Assembly: GCA_934444645.1 (NCBI GenBank)
Contig: CAKSCV010000011.1
Coordinates: 2,626 to 66,625, forward strand
DNA length: 64,000 nt
Direction of reading: 5' to 3'
From: an uncultured Eubacteriales bacterium
Lineage (GTDB): Bacteria; Bacillota; Clostridia; Oscillospirales; CAG-382
Below the pieces are notes generated by a model, which was not told the origin of the DNA, did not search any database, and saw only the letters and a program-made list of their open reading frames with translations. Position numbers and translations under genes: made by a program. Below, piece after piece: positions 1 to 8,018 of this stretch. Position 1 is the first letter of the stretch. The number at the start of each line of letters is the position of its first letter.

Positions 1-116
1 ACGGCGAAAAACGTCTCTTTGACGAATATATTTTGCAAATTTGCACATATATACGGTATATAGCGACTGTCATTAAAATAATATTCATCAAAATTGTTAA
101 ACAACGGGTGAAATTC

Positions 117-145
117 TTGACAATCAGCCGTTTTGGGTGTAAAAT
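117..145 (+). promoter_or_regulatory. Sigma-70-like promoter upstream of galE
   Basis: TTGACA at 117-122, 17-bp spacer, TAAAAT at 140-145, about 70 nt upstream of the galE ATG. Confidence 0.5.
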
Positions 146-213
146 GAAAGCTCAGAGAGAAGAAAACGTGACCGGACATTGCGGCCGGTCTTGCGAAGAA
201 AGGAATGTGTGCT

Positions 214-1230
214 ATGAAGATTCTGTTGACCGGAGGTGCCGGCTATATCGGCAGCCATACCTGTGTGGAGCTGACTGCAAAAGGGTATGATGTGGTCATT
301 GCCGACAATTTTTACAATGCCAATCCCATTGTGATTGACCGCATTGAAGAGATCAGCGGCAAGCGTCCGACCGTATACAACATTGATGTAGCCGATAAGG
401 CAGCGCTTGATAAGCTGTTTACGGAACAAGAAATTGACAGCGTGATCCATTTTGCCGGTTACAAGGCAGTCGGCGAATCGGTACAAAAGCCGATCGAATA
501 TTACCGCAACAACCTCGACACAACGCTGACGCTGTTAGAAGTTATGCGCGCGCACGGCGTGAAGAAGATTGTTTTCAGCTCCTCAGCCACCGTTTACGGC
601 GTACCCGAAACCGTTCCGCTTTGTGAGACCATGCCGACAAAGGGCTGCACGAATCCCTATGGTTGGACAAAATACATGATCGAGCAGATTTTGCGTGACG
701 TAAATGTGGCATATCCGGATATGTCCTGCGTGTTGCTTCGCTATTTCAATCCGGTCGGTGCGCATAAATCAGGCCGTATCGGCGAGGATCCAACCGGCAT
801 TCCCAACAATCTCATGCCGTACATTTCGCAGGTAGCGGTCGGCAAATTAAAGCAGTTATCGGTATTCGGCAACGATTATCCGACGCATGACGGCACGGGT
901 GTGCGTGATTACATTCATGTGGTGGATTTGGCAAAGGGTCACGTCTGCGCCATCGAATATGCGGCAAAGCATACGGGTGCGGAGGTCATCAACCTCGGTA
1001 CGGGCGTCGGCTACAGTGTGCTTGACATGGTCAAAGCTTTTGAAAAAGCCACCGGCAAGGCTGTGCCGTATGTTATTGCGCCGCGGCGTGCGGGCGATGT
1101 GGCGGAATGCTATTCCGATCCGACCAAGGCAAAGGAATTACTCGGTTGGACGGCAGAATACGGCTTAGAGGATATGTGCAAGGACTCTTGGAAATGGCAA
1201 TCGGAGAATCCGAACGGCTATCGTGCATAG
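214..1230 (+). CDS. galE: UDP-glucose 4-epimerase
   Basis: N-terminal Rossmann motif MKILLTGGAGYIGSH. About 338 aa, typical for GalE. The YxxxK region is present. I prefer the ATG at 214 over 205 because the GAAAGGAA RBS spacing fits better. Confidence 0.92.
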   Translation: MKILLTGGAGYIGSHTCVELTAKGYDVVIADNFYNANPIVIDRIEEISGKRPTVYNIDVADKAALDKLFTEQEIDSVIHFAGYKAVGESVQKPIEYYRNNLDTTLTLLEVMRAHGVKKIVFSSSATVYGVPETVPLCETMPTKGCTNPYGWTKYMIEQILRDVNVAYPDMSCVLLRYFNPVGAHKSGRIGEDPTGIPNNLMPYISQVAVGKLKQLSVFGNDYPTHDGTGVRDYIHVVDLAKGHVCAIEYAAKHTGAEVINLGTGVGYSVLDMVKAFEKATGKAVPYVIAPRRAGDVAECYSDPTKAKELLGWTAEYGLEDMCKDSWKWQSENPNGYRA

Positions 1231-1254
1231 AGGGCGCGCGAAGCGCGTTTGAAA

Positions 1255-1286
1255 GGACCGCAACCGGCTTTGGTTGCGGTCCTTTT
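1255..1286 (+). terminator. Rho-independent terminator of galE
   Basis: GGACCGCAACC / GGTTGCGGTCC stem followed by TTTT. Confidence 0.75.
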
Positions 1287-1290
1287 ATGT

Positions 1291-2914
1291 GCCGCCGCAG
1301 GGCGGCGCAAAAGCACACGGAGTGTGCCGTCCCGGCAGGGACACCGCCGCAAGGTGGAAAAAAAGGATTTAATTGGATTGTGCGAATTTTTGGTTTTGTG
1401 CGCTGATTCAAGGTTTGCAGAACCTTGAATCTCCCTTAAAAAGGTTTTAATTGTTGTGGTACGAAGATGTTATTTTGGTGTGCTGATTTGAGGTTTGCGA
1501 ATCTCGAAACTCTCTGCAAAGGGAACGAGTTGTCACTTTTTGCATCGTGCAAAAAGTAACCAAAAAGCACGCGGGACTCCGTCCTGCGACCTCGATTCAA
1601 AGCTCTGCCGGAAAAGATTTTGTAAAGCTTTCCAGCGGCACGTATCGAAACCGGTTTTGCCTGCAAAACGCCGGCGAAAAGGCTTTGAATCGGTGCGAAA
1701 GGGTTACCGTAGTGCAGACGCAAGACTGATGTTTTTCGAAAATGGATTGTTGTACTGCAAGCTCATAGTAGCATGCGGTATTCGAAAAAGGGTTGCTGCA
1801 CGTTAGCTTTGGTGCAGTGCGAAATTGGAGTTTTGCAGTGCTGAAATGAGTTTTTTCTTTATCGGTTTGCTTTGCATGAGCCAAAAAACGCCTTTATCGC
1901 GAATCAAGAAACTTTCATTAGCAGAAAGCCTTACGAACTTCACTCAAAGCCGCTTTTTACGTACAAAAACTTCTTTTGCACGTGCCTTTCTTCGCTGTCC
2001 GCAAAAATTTCCATTTTCATAAACCAAAAGTTTTCCATTTACAGACAGCTTTACGCTTTGCCCTCAAAAGCCTCTCGTTTTCGCAACCAAAACATCGCTC
2101 GTTCGAACAACTTTTTACTGTCCTCAAAAGACGCTTTTTTTACGTACAAAAAGCCTTTTATTCGCACAAAACCTTTTTTATTGCCACCCAAAGCAATCTT
2201 TTTTGCCCTCCGCCTCCCATTTCAACGTCCCTTAACCTACTGTTTGCAAAGAATACAGCTGTTCTTTTGCTGTTCGCTCTAATTTTGTGCTGTAAAACCG
2301 GAACCTCGCACCGATTCAAATCATTGCCGGCGATACCCGGAAAACTGCAGTTTTCTGCGTTGCCGGTTACCTGATGAATGCCGGTCACTTTCGCTTCAAA
2401 AACGTATCGACCGGCGATTTGAATCGAGGTCGCAGGACGGAGTCGTCTCCTTGAAACATGGTCGCCTTGCTCACGTCCGTTCGCAATTCTCCCTGTTTCG
2501 GCGGTCTCCGACGCACAAAAACTTGCCACCGGCAACTTTTTGCACGTCCGAGCATGCTTTTTGGTTACTTTTTGCACGATGCAAAAAGTGACAACCCGTA
2601 TCCCTTTGCAGGGAGTTTCGAGGTTTTGCAAACCTTGATTCAGCTCACCGCAATGGCAGCTTCGCACCGCAACAATTAAAACCTTTGTAAGAGAGCTCCG
2701 AGGTTTTGCAAACCTCAAATCAGCCCGCCGCAGCCACAGCTTCGCACCGCAACAATTAAAACCTTCTTCAGGGAGCTTCGAGGTTCTGCAAACCTCGAAT
2801 CAGCGCACCAAAACAATAACTTCGCACAATCCAATTAAATCCTTTTTTTCCGCCTTGCGGCGGTGTCCCTACCGGGACGGCACACTCCGTGTGCTTTTCG
2901 CCGCCCTCGGCGGC
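1291..2914 (+). repeat. Foldback-like non-coding mosaic element, copy A (1624 bp)
   Basis: Terminal inverted repeat GCCGCCGCAGGGCGGCGCAAAAGCACACGGAGTGTGCCGTCCCGG...GGATTTAATTGG at 1291-1375 pairs with its reverse complement at about 2830-2914. Two left and three right palindromic units (GATTCGAGGTTTGCAAACCTCGAATC type). Core at 1699-2305 lies between TTGAATCGGTGCGA and TCGCACCGATTCAA. Only short, non-conserved ORFs. Confidence 0.9.
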
Positions 2915-3046
2915 TATATCTCTGTTGCTGACGCAACATTTGCCGCCTGCGGCGGCATTTCCCGGCGGCAAAGCCGCCTTTATCCCTTTCCTTTCGGAAA
3001 GCTTTTTCCGAGGTTTATCAAACCGCAGATATTTACGAAAAGCATA

Positions 3047-3075
3047 TTGAAAAAGCAAATAAACTGTGCTATAAT
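3047..3075 (+). promoter_or_regulatory. Near-consensus sigma-70 promoter for the histidine kinase gene
   Basis: TTGAAA at 3047-3052, 17-bp spacer, extended -10 TGcTATAAT at 3067-3075. Confidence 0.6.
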
Positions 3076-3134
3076 ATTATGATAAGAAATCTGCCCCTGT
3101 ACGGTAAAAAGCCACGCAAAGGAGTTTTTGAAAT

Positions 3135-5009
3135 ATGTTCAAATCCAACTTTTCAAGGAATCTCGCTGCCTTTGCCCTTTTAATCTTTCTTTCTTTTTCG
3201 GCTATCACCCTCGTTTCTACCTTTGTTGTCCTCGATAATGCCCGAAACGACCGTATCGCTACATCAAAACGCTTGGCAGATGCCGTGTTCGACGATATTC
3301 ACGACGGCTTAAAAACCTATAATGGCTCGTTTACCTCCACCGTTTTGCGTATCCAAAACCAAATCACCTATTCCGACCGCTTTGCCGCCGTTTTGAATTC
3401 CAATATTTTCATTACCGACAAAAACGGCTTCATCCTATATTCCAGTACCCCCGCCTATCGCAATGCCTTCCGCGTTGAAACGGAAATTTTGAAAAAATAT
3501 ACCTCCTATCCCGGCGAAACTCATTGCAGCACCTTCGGTGGCATTTTTGATTCGGAATACTACATTTCCGCCTTTCCCATCGATAAGGAAAATGCCTCTT
3601 CCCCCGACGACATCTTCGGCATGGTCTTTATCTGCTCGCCTGCGGACAGCGTTATCAACACGGTAAAGCAAATCGTAACTCTCGTTCTTACGGCTCTGTT
3701 CTGGGTGTTCCTTGCCTCTGTTTTGGCCTTGTATTTCATCAGTAAACGCTTAAATGTGCCGCTTATGCGCTTAAAAGACAAATTCTCCGTCTTTTCCTCC
3801 GGCGATTATTCCGTGCGTATGCCGAAAACCGGCGTGACGGAGGTTGACCGGATCGGCGATGCCTTCAACGAAATGGCTACGATTTTGGAGGTAACGGAAA
3901 ATTCGCGCCGCATGTTTTTATGCAACATTTCACACGATCTGCGCACGCCCATGACCAGTATCCAAGGCTTTACGGAAGCGATCTTGGACGGTACCCTGCC
4001 GCCTGAACGGCATCACTATTATCTGGTATTGATCCATAAGGAAATCAAGCGGTTATCCGGCATAGTCAACGAGCTTTTGGATATTTCAAAAATCGAATCG
4101 GGTACCCTGCAGTTGAATAAAAGTGTGTTCGATATATGCGAAATGGTGCGTCTTATCATCATTTCCCTTGAGGAAAAGCTGCTCGCCAAAAATATCGAAT
4201 TTCATTTGGAGGCGCAAAACAGCCATTCCTATGTGCTTGCCGACAAGGATTCGATGTATCAGGTCATATACAATCTTTTGGACAATGCCGCAAAATTTTC
4301 CGACAACAACGGAACCATCCGCGTAACCGTTCTTCCGGAAATGCCCGAAGATACAAGTAAAAATAACACCTCTGAAGCCAAAGAAACAGCCGAAAAATCC
4401 GAAAAACCCGGAAAAGTCTCCAAAACAGACAAAAAGAAGAAAAATGAAGAAAAAGAGGAGGAGATCGGCTCTAAAATTCCGAAATATCGGATTTCCGTCT
4501 ACAATACCGGTATCGGAATCCCGAAGGAAAGCCTTGAGCAGATCTTTGACCGCTTCTATAAAATCGATATGTCGCGCGGCCTTTGCCGCAACGGCTTCGG
4601 ACTCGGCTTATTCATCGTGAAAACCGTCATGGATCAGCACGGCGAACCCATCGAGATTAACAGCTGTGAGGGAAAATACTGCGAATTCGTTTTCTCTCTG
4701 CCGCTTGTTTCAAAGCCAAAAAAAATCGCCTCCTTCGGATTGTCCGATCTGCCGTTAAGCGAAGTGCCGTCAAGCTTTCATTTTACGTCGAAGGAGCTTG
4801 AGGATGCAGAGCTGTACGATTTCAACGATCCTCTGCAGCCGCCGCTGCACGAAAATGCCGACGACCTTGAAATTTCTGTAATCGGTACACCGACTGATAC
4901 ATCCGAAACCTCTGCCGAAGTCTCCGAAACGCCTGCGGAAACAACCGAAACCTCCGAGACACCCGAAACACCGGATGTTTCCGACACCTCCGGCGATGCG
5001 CAAAAATAA
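3135..5009 (+). CDS. Membrane sensor histidine kinase (HAMP-HisKA-HATPase_c) with a low-complexity insertion and an acidic tail
   Basis: H-box FLCNISHDLRTPMTSIQGF, N-box NLLDNAAKF, G-boxes YNTGIGIP and GFGLGLFIVK. Two predicted TM segments. RBS AAAGGAG. Confidence 0.9.
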   Translation: MFKSNFSRNLAAFALLIFLSFSAITLVSTFVVLDNARNDRIATSKRLADAVFDDIHDGLKTYNGSFTSTVLRIQNQITYSDRFAAVLNSNIFITDKNGFILYSSTPAYRNAFRVETEILKKYTSYPGETHCSTFGGIFDSEYYISAFPIDKENASSPDDIFGMVFICSPADSVINTVKQIVTLVLTALFWVFLASVLALYFISKRLNVPLMRLKDKFSVFSSGDYSVRMPKTGVTEVDRIGDAFNEMATILEVTENSRRMFLCNISHDLRTPMTSIQGFTEAILDGTLPPERHHYYLVLIHKEIKRLSGIVNELLDISKIESGTLQLNKSVFDICEMVRLIIISLEEKLLAKNIEFHLEAQNSHSYVLADKDSMYQVIYNLLDNAAKFSDNNGTIRVTVLPEMPEDTSKNNTSEAKETAEKSEKPGKVSKTDKKKKNEEKEEEIGSKIPKYRISVYNTGIGIPKESLEQIFDRFYKIDMSRGLCRNGFGLGLFIVKTVMDQHGEPIEINSCEGKYCEFVFSLPLVSKPKKIASFGLSDLPLSEVPSSFHFTSKELEDAELYDFNDPLQPPLHENADDLEISVIGTPTDTSETSAEVSETPAETTETSETPETPDVSDTSGDAQK

Positions 5010-5064
5010 TGCTTCAAAACGCGTCAGCCGCATCATCAATTACATCAACTGAAGGAAGGATACC

Positions 5065-5694
5065 ATGTCCGATACGCTCTCTTATATTCCGCCGCTCGAA
5101 AATTTAGCCGCCGAATTCCGCAAACTGCCCGGTATCGGACGCAAATCGTCCTACCGGCTGGCCTTTGCCGTACTTGATTTTTCCGAAGCGGAGGCACAAG
5201 CCTTTTCACAGGCAATCTTAGCGGCCAAGCAAAAGGTCATGCGCTGCAAGATCTGCCAGAACATTTCCGATGCCGAGGTCTGCCCGATCTGTGCCGACCG
5301 CAAGCGCAAACAGAATCTCATCTGTGTGGTGGAGGATCCGCGCGACGTGGCAGCCATCGCAAAGCTCGGCGAATACGACGGCGTTTTTCATGTGCTCGGC
5401 GGCCTTATCTCACCGTTAGAGGGCAAAACGCCCGATAAACTCGCCATCAAAGAGCTGCTTACCCGCGTCAACACGCTGCTTGCCAATCAAAACGGCGAAA
5501 CGCCCGAAATCATTCTTGCCACCAATCCAAGCGTTGAGGGCGATGCCACAGCCATGTATCTTGCCCGGCTCATCAAGCCGCTCGGCGCCAAGGTCACACG
5601 CCTTGCCTATGGCATTCCGGTCGGCGGCGATCTCGAATATGCCGACGATGTAACGCTTTCGCGCGCGCTGTCGGGCCGCAACGAAATGGCTTAA
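5065..5694 (+). CDS. recR: Recombination protein RecR
   Basis: LPGIGRKSSYRLAF helix-hairpin-helix, C4 zinc finger CKICQN..CPIC, Toprim region. About 200 aa. Confidence 0.92.
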   Translation: MSDTLSYIPPLENLAAEFRKLPGIGRKSSYRLAFAVLDFSEAEAQAFSQAILAAKQKVMRCKICQNISDAEVCPICADRKRKQNLICVVEDPRDVAAIAKLGEYDGVFHVLGGLISPLEGKTPDKLAIKELLTRVNTLLANQNGETPEIILATNPSVEGDATAMYLARLIKPLGAKVTRLAYGIPVGGDLEYADDVTLSRALSGRNEMA

Positions 5695-5735
5695 CGACTT
5701 TTTGAAAAACGAAAATCAGAAACAGGAGAAACCAA

Positions 5736-7973
5736 ATGCCGGAAAAACGCAAGAAAAAGACAGTCGATCTGTTTGAAAAAGAGCCTGCGCCCATTGCCGA
5801 TGAAGGCATCGTCGAAACGCTCCGCAAAAACTATATGCCCTACGCCATGAGCGTCATCATTTCCCGCGCCATTCCCGAAATCGACGGCTTCAAGCCCTCT
5901 CACCGCAAGCTTTTATACACCATGTACACCATGGGACTTATCCGTGGCAACCGCGTCAAAAGCTCCAACATTGTCGGTGCAACCATGAAGCTCAATCCGC
6001 ACGGCGATGCCGCCATCTATGAAACCATGGTGCGTCTTACGCGCGGCAACGAAGCACTGCTGCATCCGTTTATCGATTCCAAAGGCACCTTCGGCAAGCA
6101 ATATTCCGATATGGCCTATGCCGCACCGCGTTATACCGAAGCAAAGCTTGACGCATTCTGTAACGAGATTTTCGACGGAATCGACCGCGATGCCGTCGAT
6201 TTTCAAGACAACTACGACGGCTCACTCAAAGAGCCGGTGCTTTTGCCGACCTCGTTCCCGAATATTCTCATTTCGCCCAATACCGGCATTGCCGTCGGCA
6301 TGGCGTCCAATATCTGCTCCTTCAACCTTGCCGAAATCTGCGATGCGGTCTGCGAAACCATCGAAAACGGCACCTGCGACTATCTCGAAACCGTCAAAGC
6401 ACCCGATTTTTCGACCGGCGGTCTGCTGTTATACAACCGCGCACAAATGGAGGAAATCTACAAGACCGGCAAAGGCTCTTTCAAGGTGCGCGCCCGTTAC
6501 AGCTATAATAAAAAGGATAACTGCATCGAGGTCACCGAAATTCCCTATACCGCCAAGGTCGAGGCAATTATCGATAAAATTGCGGCGCTTGTCAAGGAAA
6601 AGAAGATCATCGAAATTTCCGATGTACGCGACGAAACAGGTCTTGACGGCTTAAAGATTGCCATCGATCTGAAGCGCGGCGCCGATCCGGAAAAGCTGAT
6701 GAAAAAGCTGTACCGCCTAACGCCGCTTGAGGACAGCTTTGCCTGCAACTTCAATGTGCTCATCGGAGGTTCGCCCAAGACGCTCGGCGTGGGCGATATC
6801 ATCGAAGAATGGATCGCCTGGCGGCGCGAGTGCGTTAAGCGGGAGCTGTTCTTCAACCTTTCCAAAATGCGTGACCGGCTGCATTTGCTTTGCGGTCTTG
6901 AAAAGATTTTACTCGACATTGACAAGGCCATCAAGATCATCCGGGAGACCGAAAAGGATGACCAGGTTCTGCCGAACTTGATGAAAGGCTTTTCCATCGA
7001 TGAGATTCAGGCGGACTATATCGCCAACATCAAGCTGCGCAACCTGAACAAAGAATATATCTTAAAGCAGATCGACGAAAAGACCGATCTGGAAAAGAAG
7101 ATTGCCGAAACCGAAAACATTTTAAAGAGCGATAAAAAGGTCGGCAAGCTCATTGCCGACAAGCTGCGCGACATCAAGAAAAAATATGCCAAGCCGCGCA
7201 AAACCGAAATTTTGTATGAATATGAAGAACACGCCGAACCGATCAAGCAGATCGAAGCTTATCCGGTCGAAGTGATTTTGACTGCCGAAGGCTATTTCAA
7301 GAAAATTCTGCCGCCCAAAACCGCAAATGCCAAGATTGAAGAGCATAATCTCAAAGAGGGCGATACGATCATCAGCTCATGGAATGTACAAAACGATTAC
7401 GATCTGCTGTTCTTCAGCGACATGGGCAACGTGTACAAGGCGAAGATCGATGATTTTGACGCCGTCAAGCCCTCCGCACTCGGCGATTATATTCCGGTAC
7501 GGTTAGATTTTGCCGCAAATGAAAAAACCGTCATGATGATCGCCACCAAAGACTATAAGGGCGAAGCGGTCATCTTCTTTGCAAGCGGCAAGGCCGTGGC
7601 TCTGCCGTTAAATGTCTACGAAACCAAGACCAACCGCAAAAAGCTCACCGGCGGCTACAATACCGATTCGCCGGCGGTCGGCATCTTCTATCTGCCCGAA
7701 CACACCGGACGCGGCTTCCATACGGAATATTTGCTTCATTCGTCGCAAGGCCGTGCCGTCATTCTCAATTCGTCGCAGCTGACACGCAAGGTGACGCGCA
7801 GCTCGACCGGTGCGACCGTCTTTACCCTCAAAAAAGGGCAGGTCATCGATTCTGTACGCGAATTTCACGACGACGGCAGCGAAGCCATGAAAGTGTACGC
7901 CAAATACCGTAAACCAAAACTCCCGAGTGCCGGAACGGTCTTTAACAACGATGAACAGGCAAAACTGTTTTAA
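5736..7973 (+). CDS. Type IIA topoisomerase subunit A (GyrA/ParC-like, short 745-aa form)
   Basis: YMPYAMSVIISRAIPEIDGFKPSHRKLLY motif and catalytic-Tyr region AAPRYTEAKL. Short C-terminal beta-pinwheel region. Confidence 0.85.
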   Translation: MPEKRKKKTVDLFEKEPAPIADEGIVETLRKNYMPYAMSVIISRAIPEIDGFKPSHRKLLYTMYTMGLIRGNRVKSSNIVGATMKLNPHGDAAIYETMVRLTRGNEALLHPFIDSKGTFGKQYSDMAYAAPRYTEAKLDAFCNEIFDGIDRDAVDFQDNYDGSLKEPVLLPTSFPNILISPNTGIAVGMASNICSFNLAEICDAVCETIENGTCDYLETVKAPDFSTGGLLLYNRAQMEEIYKTGKGSFKVRARYSYNKKDNCIEVTEIPYTAKVEAIIDKIAALVKEKKIIEISDVRDETGLDGLKIAIDLKRGADPEKLMKKLYRLTPLEDSFACNFNVLIGGSPKTLGVGDIIEEWIAWRRECVKRELFFNLSKMRDRLHLLCGLEKILLDIDKAIKIIRETEKDDQVLPNLMKGFSIDEIQADYIANIKLRNLNKEYILKQIDEKTDLEKKIAETENILKSDKKVGKLIADKLRDIKKKYAKPRKTEILYEYEEHAEPIKQIEAYPVEVILTAEGYFKKILPPKTANAKIEEHNLKEGDTIISSWNVQNDYDLLFFSDMGNVYKAKIDDFDAVKPSALGDYIPVRLDFAANEKTVMMIATKDYKGEAVIFFASGKAVALPLNVYETKTNRKKLTGGYNTDSPAVGIFYLPEHTGRGFHTEYLLHSSQGRAVILNSSQLTRKVTRSSTGATVFTLKKGQVIDSVREFHDDGSEAMKVYAKYRKPKLPSAGTVFNNDEQAKLF

Positions 7974-8018
7974 CCGTAAAAACAAGCACCGCAAGCCGGC
8001 CGATACGAGGTAAAGCCA

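Noticed and set aside
1436-3058. Many 60-190 aa ORFs lie inside the repeat elements, for example 2158-2718, 1872-2282, 10262-10672, 13656-14426 and 49287-49979, with recurring peptide strings such as LIRGLQNLE or FEVLQTSNQ.
   Set aside because: The recurring peptides come from translating the conserved palindrome in different frames and strands. Frames are interrupted at different places in each copy. There are no RBSs, the sequence is low-complexity, and the same DNA reads open on both strands.
3040-3085. The histidine kinase and guaA promoters share ATAAACTGT and TATAATATT strings, hinting at a common promoter module carried next to the repeat elements.
   Set aside because: The shared strings are short, AT-rich and largely overlap the consensus -10 region. 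The offset between the two 9-mers differs by 2 bp. This is not distinguishable from chance among strong promoters.
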